DNA of 64,000 nt from the human T2T-CHM13v2.0 reference genome, Homo sapiens. Location of the stretch: assembly GCF_009914755.1 (NCBI RefSeq), contig NC_060932.1. One strand, 5' to 3'. The position numbers were made by a program, and so were the translations under genes. Of the stretch, positions 47,039 through 63,785 are shown piece after piece. Within the stretch, counting starts at the first letter, position 1. Each line of letters opens with the position of its first letter. The notes beneath the pieces are model-generated. The model was given only the letters and a program-made list of their open reading frames with translations, was not told the origin of the DNA and searched no databases.

Positions 47039-47087
<49 letters not shown>
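47039..47087. repeat. (GT)n microsatellite
   Basis: Seen directly in the sequence. Confidence 0.97.
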
Positions 47088-47088
<1 letters not shown>

Positions 47089-47596
47089 CAGTGGAATGTG
47101 GCAGAATGACAGGCTCCCACCCATGGTCTCTGGGTAGGCAGAAAATGTGCAGAAAACACGATGTCCATCGGCCATGGCTCTGGCAAGGGGAGCTAGCCCA
47201 TGCTTCTCACACTCAGTGTGCTGCTTCTCCTCAGGACTGGCTGCAACCTGAGGCTGGGCTGGTGGCCTCTATTGTTTCTCAGGATCCCAGTAAAGCGGCT
47301 GGAAGGTGAGGGAAAGAAGGGAGTGGGTCTGCCTCCTCCTCTGTTTGACTCATGGTTGTAACTTGTCAGCACATTGACAGGTTTTTTTGTTTTTCAGTCA
47401 AATGCCGCTTTTGTTGGATGTCTGAGTGAAAAGCATGGTACACTCACATAATCAAAGCCCTGCCGTGTGTAGGGGGCGGTGGGGGGGGCAGTCAGTCTTT
47501 ATTGTATGAGCAATTGTATATTCCCGAAAGCCAGAATAATTTGAGGCACAAAATCTAAATAGATTTCTGCTACTATTAGATTGCTTGAATGCATTT

Positions 47597-47599
<3 letters not shown>

Positions 47600-47638
<39 letters not shown>
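47600..47638. repeat. (GA)n microsatellite
   Basis: Seen directly in the sequence. Confidence 0.97.
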
Positions 47639-47639
<1 letters not shown>

Positions 47640-48997
47640 CTGCTTTTGCTCCTCCTCCACCCACCCTCTGAGATGGGTGGCGGCTGACCTCGCAGGGGAC
47701 AGTGGTTCGGGCAGGAAGGAGCTGAGTGGCGTGGGCGTGGGAGGCTCCATGCTCCTCCAGGACAAAGGCTCTGTCTTCATGTCTGACCTGCAGTGTCCTG
47801 TGTCGTCTGGGGCTCACCCTGGGCACTCTGGAGGTGCTGGTGAAGGAGTAACTCAGGAAGGGCAGGACAAGTGATGAGCGTGTGCATATCTGGGGCCCCA
47901 GAAGGCTATGGGGGCAACTGTGTGGCTCTTGCCTGTCACCAGTAGGCTTTCTGACCCCTGGGCTCTATCCATCAGGGTCACCAATGAGACTTACTGACCT
48001 GAAGCTCTCAGAGTTGAAGCTCACGTCCTCAGGCCACATCAAGGTGCAGCCATCCACTAACCCCAGCATCACCCTGCTTTGTTTCCGCACTGAGTACCTG
48101 CTGCTCCGTCACCCTCTCAACTGTGCCAATTGCAATTCTTCAGCATCCATGGTGATTTCAACATCCATGGGAGATGGTCTGTTAACACCCTGTCCTCTCG
48201 TTCCTTGGTCCCCTCTCCCACCTAGATCCTAGACCTTCCTGTTACTGAGAACTGCAAAACCTTCATAACTTCTTCACTCACCTCCCAACTTCTCAGCTCT
48301 GCCCACTCCTTCCAGAACCCCAGTTCCCGCTATTCCTCAACTGGATTGTGACCTAAAGTCACCAATCCTACCACATTTTAAGTGTCTCTCATCACTCTCA
48401 TGTTCCCCATTTCCCGCTTACCCAACATAAATTCCATGGTCAACCACCCTTACAATGACTCATATTACACATGAGTCATTGGAATGGTGAGTGCAATGTA
48501 ACTGCATATCAAATCTGTAACCTCACAGGCACATTAACTCCCCAACCCTCTCTCGCCTTGTGGTGCTCACAAAATTGCAGTCCTGGTTGAATCCAACCCT
48601 CTGTTTATTTCATAGCTGTCTGACTCCCCCATCTCAGCAATCCAACCCCACAGTTGAACATGGACAGAGAAAGACGTTACAAGCACGCTGGTTGGTTTTA
48701 TTTTGAATTAAAATGAATCCTTGGTGCTTACTGAAAATGCAACCATGCTCCCTCATCCATTCATTTTCTTATTTTCCTACACGACTACTTTTTCACTGTC
48801 TGTCCTCCAACCTCTAGCATCTCCATCTCCATCCTCACTTTCCATTGGTGACATTGCTTCTAATTTCACTTAGGAAATAGGAATATTAAAGGGAATTTCA
48901 ATCGGTCCATGTATCATATCTACTCATCCAATGGCAACCAAACCCACACATTCTTCCTTCCCTTCTGTGTCCATGAATGACCACCATGCTCCCTGCT

Positions 48998-49427
48998 TGT
49001 GGTAGAATGCCTATGTCCTAATGCCCAGAACCTGCGAATATGTTAGCTGACACGACGAAAGGTATTTTGCAGATGTGATTTAAGGTAAGGGTCTTGAGAT
49101 GGCGGGATTATCCTAGATTTTCTGGGAGAGCCCATTGTAATCACAAAAGTCATCATTAGAGGGAGGTAGGGTCAAAGTCAGAAAAGGCCAAGTGCAGGTA
49201 GAAGCAAAGGGAGAGATTTGAAAATGGCCAGGAGCCAAGGAATGCAGGTGTCTTCTAGAGGGTGGAAAAAGCAAGGAAATAGATTCTCCCCTAGAGCTTC
49301 CAGAGGAAATGCAGCCATCTGGATACCTTAATTTCTGACCACCAGAAGTTTAAAATAATAAATTTATGTTTGTTTTAACTTACTAAATTTGTGCTAATCT
49401 GTTACAGCAGCAATAGGAAATAATACA
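48998..49427 (+). mobile_element. MaLR LTR (MLT1C/D-like)
   Basis: 'tttgcagatgtgatttaagg...cttgagatgg'; ends 'cagcagcaataggaaataataca'. Confidence 0.85.
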
Positions 49428-49777
49428 TCATTAAAGTCGCCGGCTTCTCTTGTACTCCAGCCAGCAATTCTGCCCTCTCTCCTACATCATCAAATTTTCC
49501 CTCTTTTGGATAATCTTATTAACACATACATATACTGATTTTTTAATTAAAAAAATAAGCACAGAACCTCTCTTGTCTCTACATTCTGCTCTAGCGATGA
49601 GTCTATTTCTCTGCCACTTATTGTAGAAAACTTCTGAAGAGTCTGTCCTCTCAATCTCTGTTAAACCTTCACCAGTCAGGCTTTTTACCTTCCACTCCTG
49701 CTCCATTGAAATTGCACTTGCCAAGGTCATGGATGACCTGCAGTTACTACATCTAATGATCCATTCAAACTTGTCTA

Positions 49778-50409
<632 letters not shown>

Positions 50410-51269
50410 TAATGGACCCATCACAGCATTTGACGTAAGCTGTTCTTCACTTCTTGCAGCCTTGCTCCATTGTGTCTGAGACGTCACACTCACTTAGTTC
50501 TCTTCTTTCCTCCCTGGCTTCTTTTCTGTCTCCTCTGTGGGTTCTCCCATTTCTTGGATCTCTAAATGTTGGGGTGCCCTGGGCTCTATCCTCTGATCCC
50601 CCTTCTCTACCTGTCCTCAGTGATTCCATCCAGTCTTACATCAACAAATGCCATCCTTAGGCTCCTGATTCCCAACTTTATGTCCCGGCCAGAACATCCC
50701 ACTCCAGGCTTGGACATCCAACCCCGCACCTTGTATCTCAACCGCACGTCTGATTCGTGTTTTACACTTCCCTCTCTAAAACAGAACTTAGTCTACAGCT
50801 GTTCCTCCCTCAGGCTCTCCCAGCTCAGCTCATGTCCCACCATCCCTTTAATTTCTCAGGGGAAACCCCTTGGAGTCAGTAATCCTTCACTGTCACCAGA
50901 TTCACCCCATCAGCAAAATGCTTGACTCCTCCTTGAAAACACTTTCAATGTTTGACATTCTCATGTCTTCTTCCACTTCCACCACATTTCCAGTCGCCTT
51001 TATCTTTTACCTGTACTAAAATGAAGATCAGACCACATCACACATCTGGTTATTTCCATGGATTTTCCATGGGTTTCCCATCTGAGTAAAGGCCAGAATC
51101 CTTTCTAGGCCTGACAGGGCCCCACCTGACCTGGCCCCCTCCCCCTCTGAGTTTATCCCCTGCCACTCCAGCTAGTCGGCTTCACTCCACCACCCGGCCC
51201 CTCGCTGATCCCAGGGCCACCCCCGCTCAGCACACTTCCACTCCCAGCCTGCTTAACTTGCTGTAACCC

Positions 51270-51905
<636 letters not shown>

Positions 51906-51933
51906 CTCCTCTATCTTGAATATTATTTCTCTA

Positions 51934-52230
<297 letters not shown>

Positions 52231-52267
52231 TAATTATAAATACATCTCCCTTGCTTCCTTCAGGTCA

Positions 52268-52628
<361 letters not shown>

Positions 52629-55600
52629 CCCCAGCCACCTCCCACCCCAACCCTATGCTCCCTTTCCTCCCTACCCTGTTATTTTTTCTATAGCATGCAT
52701 CACTCCCTGACGGACCATGTATTTTCTTGTTTGTTTTCTGTAGTGAACGTAAGCTCCACAAGGACAGGGATGTTTTACTGCTAGATGCCCAGCAACCAGA
52801 CTATGTCTGGCACATGTAAGTATTCAATAAATAATTGCTGAAAGAATGAATGGCTGACAGCAGTGCCAGTCTCCCAGCATTGGGTACTCAGCTGGGCCCT
52901 TAGGAGACCAATGAACACCAGCAATGAACTTGTTTAAGGCAAACTCCAAAAGGAAAGGGGCCAAACTGTGCAGCCCACTTTAATCAGGTTCTCCATAACA
53001 GTTGCCAAGTAATGAACACTTACTCTATGTGCATCCCTGAGACTAACACCGTGCTGTGTTGTCTCACTGATTGTCGTACCAGCAAATGTGGGTAGTAGTG
53101 GATGCCTATTTTTCAGAGGAGGTCCCTGGGAGTTCAAGCTGCAAAGGACCTGCCCCATCTCTGCTGAGACCAGAACTCATGTTCTAAAGCAGATGGGAGT
53201 GTCCTTCCACTGAAGCCAGAAACCGCTTCCCCTCCGCCCCTGGACACAAGAGCGGTTGTGCCAACACTCTTAGTTCTTGCCGTAACTCCAAGAAGGTGGG
53301 CCAGTCAGATGCTCCAGCTCAAATGAAATAATAATTTTATTCCACTGTTTCTGACCTTGTGTAAGAACCTGCCTCCTGTCCACCCCTCCAGAGTGCCTGC
53401 CCCTCCCCCAGCACACAGTGTTGGCGGCCTTCACTCCTCCCAGGATGCCTAAGCTCCTCAGTAAACGTTTGAGTGACAGATCAAACACCCCGCAGGAGTG
53501 CTTTATTTCATTTTTAAATAGCTTTGATTTTTCAATCAATTCCCTAAATGTCACCAGAACACAAAGAAATCATGGGATTCCAGGAAGTTCCAATGGTTTA
53601 TTGAACAATGTGCTCCTGCGACTGGTGGCTTCTTAGATTCTCTGTGAAGCAGGCCTGGGAGGTGGTGAGTGTATCTTCTCCCTCTCTCTCTCCCAGAGGT
53701 CTCAGCCTTGCTGGCCTTCCGCTCCCCCGTCCAGGAAGGCCACCCCACAGCCTTTAGGCCCAAAGAGGAGCAGAGCGTCAAGGCACTCACATCGCTTTCT
53801 GTGCGTACATTAAACTGAGCCCAGAAACACAGAGCTCTTAAATTGCAAAGGGCAATAAGTTTGAAGAACAAAAACATTTCCTTGGACCTTTTATATTTTT
53901 CTAAATTGATCTTGATTTTTCACTTCATTGTGGTGTTGGGGGATTTTCTTTCTTTCTTCATAATGGTTTTATTTCCCATAATCTTAAGAATGAAAGGCAT
54001 CTCTAGTGCTTGTGTATTTATTTCTGATTCCTATAAACTTCTCTCGCTCCTGACTTAACTCACCTTGAGCCACAAGCCCAGAACACCAACGATCAACTAA
54101 AACAGGGGAAGCAGCAGCAGTGGCTGGCGTGCACCCAAACCAGGAAACAGGCTATAGAAGAGCATCTTCTTTCAGGCTTCAGGCTGTTTGTATTCCTTCA
54201 GGAAGCTTCAATCAATCAATCACTCCCTCTTTTCCTAAGAGAAAGGGACTCCAGCCTTTTCTTATTAACTCATTCCTCATTACGACGATGGCGTTTCTCT
54301 TCACCAACAAAATTGCTCAAGCTGCATCTCCAGCCTGTTTCCTTGACATTGTTTTCTGTCTCCCAGGTGAGCCTTTCTTCGGTAGATTTGGATTGTTTTC
54401 CCTTTGTTTTTTCTATTTTTCATCATTATAATCCTTTCTTCACACTAGTTTTTGGGTAACCCCTCCATTTTCCCTCTCTTTTCTAATTCTCTTCACTTCA
54501 TAGTCAGAGCACCAAATGTGAATAAATATGTTAATGTCATTAAATAGTTTTAACATACTAAATATTTAATACATTAAAAATATGTGGGTATTAAATAAAT
54601 AGTTTACATTAATAATCTTTAAGTCACATGTGTTGTAATTAACAGCTCATGTCTACTGAGCATTTACCATATGCCAGTTTGGTGCCAAACACCTACAATG
54701 CATTTTTCTGCTGAGTACTCCAAGCTACCGTGTAAGCTTGTTGGGGAGGATGTGAGGGGGAAGTAAGGCACTTGGCACAAAATTTAAGGAGATATTCATT
54801 TTCAGAGTCACACAAGTGCAGCATCAGCACCTGAGAGTATCAGACCCTGGTCCCAGCCCTGGTCCTTACTATTATCTCCATCTCCATTTTAACATATAAG
54901 GAAATTAGGCTGACAGAAGTTGGCTCTCTAGCGCAAGGTAACGGAGCTAGAGGATAAACAAGATGAAGATAGGACTAGTTGACTTCAGAGCCCAAGCTGT
55001 AAGAATTATAATAGCTACACACCCAGAATATCCAAATAGTTTTTTTTTTTAAAGGTGCCTTTCTTAAATATGAAGAGAATGAAGGACAGCCAAGCATCTT
55101 CAGACGTATGTTAGGCTCAAGGAACACCTCTAACACAAATGCCAGGGATCCAACTAACCAAACAGAAAAAGAAACCCGGAAAACCCTAAAGCTGAAATAA
55201 TGCAGGAAGCGGAAGAAAGCTCCAAATAAACTAAAATCAATATCCTTAAGGAACTGGAAGATATTTCATACATGAAACAAGAACAGGATAAAAACAGGAG
55301 CATTTATAGAATAAGAAAATGCTTGTATAAATTAAGGAGTTCATAAAAGGAATGAATGCTTCAGTAGAAGAGTTGAATAGCAGTGTTGAAAAAATAGCAT
55401 AAAAAGATAAATGAGCAATAGGAAAGAAAAGATAAAACAAAAACAAAAAAACCCCAAAAACCATAACAGAGAATCAACTAAAGAAGTCCAGCCTCAAACT
55501 AATAGGAGTTTCAGAAAGAAAGGAGAGCAAAAATGGAGAGTAGAAAACTATTAAAGAAATATCATAAAATTTGCATGAAGTGCCTGGAACATTGGATAAA

Positions 55601-55999
55601 ACATAGATAAATCAATGTACATTTTTAAAACACCAGGGATAAAGAGGTGATTGTAAAACTTCCAGAAGAAAACATGTAGGATCAGGAATCAAAATGGCAT
55701 TCAGATGTCTCAGCAACACCATTGGAAACTAGAAGACAACAGAGCAATGCTTTCAGGATTCAGAAGGAAAATGACTTTTGCATCATCAATTAAATGTGAG
55801 GATGAATTCAAGAGTTTTTCAGATAAGAAAAGTCTAAATAAATTCACTTTCTGTGGACCCTTTCTCAAGAAGTTACTAAAGGTTGTACTTCACTAAAACA
55901 AGGGAGTAAACGAACAAAAAGTGACACAAGAAACAGCTAGTTCAACACAGGAGAGAGGTGAAGGAAATTTCAGAGCAACATAGCGTAGTAGGTCTAGAG

Positions 56000-56348
56000 C
56001 AGCAGTCCCCAACTGTTTTGGCACCAGGGACCAGTTTCACGGAAGGCAATTTTTCCATGTGCTAGGATGGGGTTGGACAGGGTTGGGGGATGGTTTTGGG
56101 ATGAAACTGTTCTACTTCAGATCATCAGGCATTAGATTCTCATGAAGAGCATGCAACCTAGATCCCTTACACACACAGTTCACGGTAGGGTTCGTGGTCC
56201 ATGAGAATCTAATGCCGCTGCTGATCCGACAGGAGGCAGAGCTCAGGCAGTAATGCTCAATTGCTGCCACTCACCTCCTGTTGTGGGCCTGGTTCCTAAC
56301 AGGCCATGAACCAATACCAGTCCATGGCTTGGGGATTGGGGACCCCTG
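56000..56348. mobile_element. MER1B-like hAT-Charlie MITE
   Basis: TIRs cagcagtccccaa / ttggggacccctg; 8-bp TSD gtctagag / gcctagac. Confidence 0.9.
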
Positions 56349-56664
56349 GCCTAGACACCTATCAGTTCAGAGTGAAGCAGCAGGATGAAGGACACTAGAC
56401 ATCTGGATTCAAACATAACAAGGACAGAAGATCTGATTGCTTACTTCGTGCTTTTGCCTATATTAAGAAGAGTTTTTAGAAGAGGTTGGAAGAATTCGTG
56501 AAAGGTGCCTAAAAATTTGAGCAAACATAAACACTGTGATTATTAACTCCAGGAGAAACAAAACATTGTACCAGAAAGGAAATGCCACTATAGTAAACTC
56601 TGCAGCTTATCTATAAACAATACTTCTATTTACAGAGGCATATCAACATAAATTCTGAGTTTTA

Positions 56665-57123
<459 letters not shown>

Positions 57124-57263
57124 CTATGGAGGGAAATATCAGAAAAGTGTCTAAAAAGAGTTGAAAGTGCTTATAAAGAATCTCTGCTTTTCATGATAAA
57201 CCCTGTAGTACCTATTGATGTTTAAACAAGATATGCATAGTACCCTGATCAAAATTAATACTA

Positions 57264-57563
57264 GGCCAGGTGCGATGGCTCATGTCTGTAATCCCAGCAC
57301 TTTAAGAGGCCGAGGTGGGAGAATCACTTGAGCCCAGCAGTTTGAGACCAGCCTAGGCAACCAAGTCAGACACTGTTTCTACAAAAAATAAAATAATTAG
57401 CTGGACATGGTGTCACCTACCTGTAGTCCCAGCTGCTTGGGAGGCTGAGGCGGGAGGACTACTCGAGCCCAGGAGGTCGATGCTGCAGTGAGCTGAGATT
57501 GTGTTGCTGCCCTCCAGCCTGGGCAACAGAAAAAAGAAAGAAAAGAAGAGAAAAAAAGAAAAA
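57264..57563 (+). mobile_element. AluJ
   Basis: Diverged dimer with purine-rich tail. Confidence 0.92.
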
Positions 57564-58399
57564 GGAAACAAAATTAATAATAAAAGATAATTTTAATATA
57601 AGCTTATTTACTTGCCTTTTTTCCCCCCTGATAAAACTAGAACCTAGAAAGGAAGCATATCACCTCTTTGAGCCTTGTTGCTCTCTGAACAGAATAGACT
57701 CTCTGACTCTTTCCTCTCCTCTTTTGCTGTAGAACAGAGCAGTAATTTTAATAACTCCAAATAGCACATAATCCTCAACCCGACATTTGACTTTGAAATT
57801 AATTTTACAGTTACATTTGACTACGTGTAAGTCCTAAATTATATTGTGAAAAGCCAGATGGTGACAAACTGAAACACTGTCCCCCTTGTCCACTGAGCCT
57901 CCTCCAGGTTAAATGTTTGCTTTACGCGTTCTCAGGTAAAAAGCATCACTTGCAGCAACACAGTTCCCTCTCTCCACTTTTGTCCTCATTGAGTTTCTAC
58001 ACCCTGCTTGGTACCAGCTGTCAAATTGAGAGGTCCCAACCCTTCAATCACCTTTCAGCCGCTAACTCAAGAAGTGTTTACTATGCATTCCATGATGCTC
58101 AACACTGACTCAGCTCCTAGAGACAGCAAAATACCAGAAATAATCCCTGCCTTCAAGGAACTTAAAATCCAGTTAAGAGAGGAGGCCACGGGCAAAACAA
58201 AACAATAGCAACAACCAAACAAACATTGCTGAGCAAAGCAAGACAGAACTGTCTGCAGAATTGAGTGCAGCTGTGGCGTGGAGGCTGATGTGCTGTTTGC
58301 ATCTGAACAGGGGAGACCTGGGATGGTGGGAATGGCCTGATCAAGCTTCAGGGAGGAGGCTAAGCTTGGCCAGTGTGCTCAGAGGCCATGTCCTATTTA

Positions 58400-59340
58400 A
58401 AATGATCTTTCTGGAGTCCCCTGACTCAGCACCCCACACTACTGCAAAATTAGCCACACCCTTTCTGGGCTACCGCTGGAGTTTGAATATGCTTCTGATA
58501 TTGCATGACAACTTGTAACTGTTCACTTACTCCACTAACCACAAGATGCACCAGCTTGCTGGCTGTGTATTTTGGCAGCCCCAGCCCCCAACTCAGCCCA
58601 AGGGCTCATGAATGTAAACCGAATGAAAGAGTGAATATTGTTTAATGCAGAGAGGAAGATGACGTCTACGGCATAGCATGTGACACCGGAAGTGGGTCCT
58701 TCCTGCCCTGCTCTGGCCTTCCTTTCCCACCCCGCTGGGTTTGCATCTGCAGGTGGGAGCGATGTGGGAAGGCTTGTGGAGGAGCAGCTCAGAAAACAGA
58801 CAGGACAGGGAGTCCTTCCTAAAGGTCATCGGGAGGAGAAGCCGAGGTCCCGCTGGGTCTGGTACATGCGAGACCCCCAGGGTATTCGCAGACCCCCCCC
58901 CCCTCCGCCCAGGTCCTGGAGGGTCTGTCACATCCGCCACGTGAAAGCACAACAGGTTGACTGTTCTCTCCTGATTGCTCCAAACCGCAGAGCAGCCTAG
59001 GGGCGGAGGGAGACCTTCAGCCGGGCGGAGCTCTGTGTGCGGCCAGCACTGGCTGGCTCCCAGTTCTGGGGGTCTCGGGTCACCTGAGTGCAACCCGTGA
59101 GAAGAGACAAGACCACCCAGAAGATATGGCCAAGCACACCCCCGCTGAGGCTGTGCGCGGCTGTGCCCCGGGCAAAGCTGGCTCGCTTCCTAGTGGTCCG
59201 CCCTGCCAGTTATTTCATGGCAGCCTCTTCATTTGTAAAAGGGCCTTAATAATAGCTAATCACGGGTCGTCCACGAGGCCAGGCTGAGATGATGCAGGAG
59301 TGCAGCCAACACGGTGCCTGGCACGCGATGCCGCTGTCGG
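58400..59340. promoter_or_regulatory. CpG-enriched promoter/enhancer-like element
   Basis: TGACTCAGCA 58422; TGACGTC 58660; CATGTGAC 58677; ACCGGAAGTG 58685; CACGTG 58938; GGGGCGGAG 59000. Confidence 0.55.
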
Positions 59341-60014
59341 TGGCTAAGTGGCCATTGCTGATGCTGCTGTCACTGTTGTCCCATCCCCCTCACAGTACTA
59401 CTGGCTCTCACATGTAGGGGACGCAGAGCAGAGCAGCGTCCTGAGCACCACAGGAGTTCTAACCATGACTTGCATTTTTTATAATTCTGTTTTTCTCTTG
59501 ACCCAATTAAAAAAAAAAAAAAAAGGAGACTTTTAGTCTGTTTTCTCTTGGGCCTGGAGGCTGTGCTAGTTTGCCCGGCTGCAGGTGGAATGTGTTAACC
59601 AGAGAGTGTGCAGGGGGGCCCTCTGGGCAGCTGCGAAAGGCCATGCTCTGCCAAGATCAGGGTGCAAGCCAGCGTCCTGAGGGGGCAGGGTGGAGGGAGG
59701 GAGGGGCTCAGCATGGGCAGCCCCTTTCCCCCATGCAGCCTCGGGGGCCCTTCCTGACCACCCCCTGGCTGTCCTGAAGCCACCTGAGACATTTTTAGAA
59801 CATGTCCAGTTGGGTGGCTCGCAGACCCACCTCCCCCTAGGATTCTGAGTCCCTTGGCCTGGGATGCAGCCCAGTCATTGGTATTTTTGATTGTGATGTG
59901 CCACCAGGGTTGAGGTGCTCTGGCCTAAGGGGACTCGGGTGTCGAGTTAACCCCTTCTTGTAAAGTGCTCCTTGGCCAGGTCACTCTGCACGTGGGAGGT
60001 GCTGCACTCAGTCA

Positions 60015-60993
<979 letters not shown>

Positions 60994-63019
60994 GACATGT
61001 GAAGTGGTTAGCACAATACTTGACAGATAATTACTGTTAATTGCTATTATTAATAATTATTATCACTTGAAGACAGCACTCTAATTTCCTGCCTGATCTT
61101 GCAAGTGGAGAAAGCCCTAGGATCATTCAAGGCACTTGTCTAATGGATTCTGCAAATTATCATACAAATAGTACCACCCTGGATATTTCTTTTCTCTCCC
61201 CTTTATTCAGTCCTCCCAGGCAGGCCTTTTTAATCCTCAGTGGACAAAAGTGGTGACAGCAATTTTGCCCCATCATATACTGTTTCCAAAGCATGTTCTA
61301 GGAGTTTATCTCATTTAACACTGGCCTCTGCCTTCACAAACATTCCTCAGCTACTTCTCAGCCTGTGTGACAAACTGAGCCATGTCCCTGGGCACAACCA
61401 AGTTAGACAAGCCAGAAAGGCAGACAAGTTGGGTGCCAGCTCTTGCCTTATGAGATATAAATCTCAGCCACATGTGAATGTGCTGTACAATCACTCTTGT
61501 ACCTGAGCAGTAATTGGGCTTTAAAAAGCAACTCTCATTTCTTCTCGGAGAAGAATGCAGTGCCTTGGCTACCACCTGCCTCCTGCCCCAACCCGGAGGC
61601 TGAAACTGTCATGTGGCTGTGGACCTGTGCTCACCAGCGCTCTTCCAGACACCTGCCCCTGCAAAGGAAGGGATGGGGCTGAGGAGCCTGGGTTCCAAGA
61701 GATACCTGGAAACAGGGCACATGGAGGCTCCAGGTGTGGGCATGCAGGGGTGATGACAGCAGCCGGGGAAACCCAGAGCTACTCCCTGCCTAAGGCTGCA
61801 TCTCTTCCCTAGGGCCACTTTTCCCTGGATGTCTCTACCTGGTGAGCAGCCAGATCCTAACAGCAGGGTGCTGACTGGACAGCTCTCCCTGGGTTCTGGA
61901 GAGATGGACACAAAGGGACACACGTGATGGGGTGGGAACCAGGAACAGTCAGAGGTCATTTCTTAAGGAAGCGAACTATGACCTGTCAGAATAAGGCTGT
62001 TTAGGCCTTGACTAGGTGGAGGGAAGTGCAACAGAGCAAGTTCCTGAGTGCAAGTGTCTTGAGACAAGAAGAGGCCCTTGAAGAACTGAAGGAAGTACTT
62101 TCCTTCTGGCTGGCACAGGTGAGCAGCAGCAGGAGCGGAGGCCAGGAGGTCGATGGGGTGACTGTGTGGGTTTTCAAGCTCTGGTAGGGGGCCCTTTGCT
62201 CCTGAGACCATGGTAAGCCACCAAGGGCCCTGGCAGCAGGAGAGGCTGTGACCAGATGTTTTATGCTTATGATTCTTTATTCTTTCCAATAAAAGCTGCC
62301 CCTCTTAACACCCAGCACCACAGGCCAGCATGCACTGAGCACTCATCTGTGCCAGGCAGTGTGCTAAGTACTCCACTTGCATCAGTCCCTGATTCCACGG
62401 GGCTCTGCCGCATGTCCAGGAAGGTGCCAGGGCCCCATTTTGTCCTGGTCCTTTCCGGTCTCCTCCCGCTCCTGTGCAAGGAAGCGAGGGGCGATTTTTA
62501 GTTCCCCAGATGTTAGGGTGGGTGAGACAGACGCACCCCCTTATGGTCTCTCATCTAACAGACTTAGAATCCAGGATTTTCAGACCCAGAGGACCCCTGA
62601 CATTCACCCTAAACAAGCTCTCACCTGCTGCCTGGACCCACCTCTCTAAAGCCACTATGGGGGCTGGAGACCAATAGAAAGCATCCCCCTGGATTCAGTG
62701 CTTAGACGCAGTGGCCACAAGAGACGCCCTAATCCTCCTGCCCTCAATGGCAGATTGGATTCTTCCCCTCGTGGGGACTGAGGCTGCCTGGACAGCTGAC
62801 CCCAAGGACGCAGGTGTCTAAATAAGATGGTAGGGGGGACTCAGCCAAGGATGTGCAAACTCATCAGTTAGTCAAATTGCCCCCTGACTCAGGGGGCAGT
62901 GAGTGAGGTGTGAGGAGAGGGTCATGAGCTACTCCTCCCTTGCTTCACAGAGTGTAGAAGCACCTACTTCCAAGTCAGGTGGGAAGGCTGGAAGAGCTGG
63001 TGAAGGGTGTCCCCTAACA

Positions 63020-63205
63020 ACTAACAATTATTGAGAAATTACACAGCACTTGGCACTTGATAGACACAGGCCTTATCCTAATGATGATCCACCCTACAGA
63101 TGAGGACACTGAGGCTCAGAGTGGGCCTCTAGTCCCAGTCACATGCCTCTTAAGTGGCAGAGCTGGGGTTTGAAACTAGAGTCGTCTGCGTTCCAGAGCC
63201 TCTGC
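63020..63205 (-). mobile_element. MIR
   Basis: 'tacagatgaggacactgaggctcagag...ggcagagctggggtttgaaact'. Confidence 0.8.
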
Positions 63206-63569
63206 TGTATGTGACAATATCATCCCTTCCAGAGATGCAGAGTGGCCTGGAATTCTCTAGGGAGAAGAAACTCGAGCAGAAGTATTGCTTCTATGATTTA
63301 GAGTCGTCTGGTTTCACAGATGACTAGCAGCCTGCCCCAAGTGGCTAAATACATGCCAACAATGGACTGCTGAGATAGCGCTGCGTGGTAATGTAATGGG
63401 TGCTCAGAGCATCCTCTGTTCTGTTCACACCCAACTGCAAATTCGTCCTAGCCACCCCCAAGTCCTACTGAGGCTGACAGGCAAGGCTTGCCAGTACCAA
63501 CTTACAGGCAGGGCCCTAAATGGCGAGTGGTCACAAAAATGGCTTGAATAATTTTTTGACTTTCAAAAT

Positions 63570-63785
63570 TATTGAGCATTCCTAATCTGAACATTGAAAA
63601 TCCAAAATGCAAAACTTTTTGAGCGCCGACATGATGCTCAGAGGAAATTCTCATGGGAGCATTTCAAATTTCAGATTTTCCAATTAGGGCTGCTCAACCA
63701 GTAAGTATAATGCAAATACTCCCCAATCTGAAATCTGAAACATGTCTGATTGCAAGCATTTTGCATAAGGGATATTCAACCTGTA
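63570..63785. mobile_element. Tigger4a/MER46-like Tc-mariner MITE
   Basis: 'ttgagcattcctaatctgaa...ttttgagcgccgacatgatgctc...taagggatattcaacctgta'. Confidence 0.8.
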
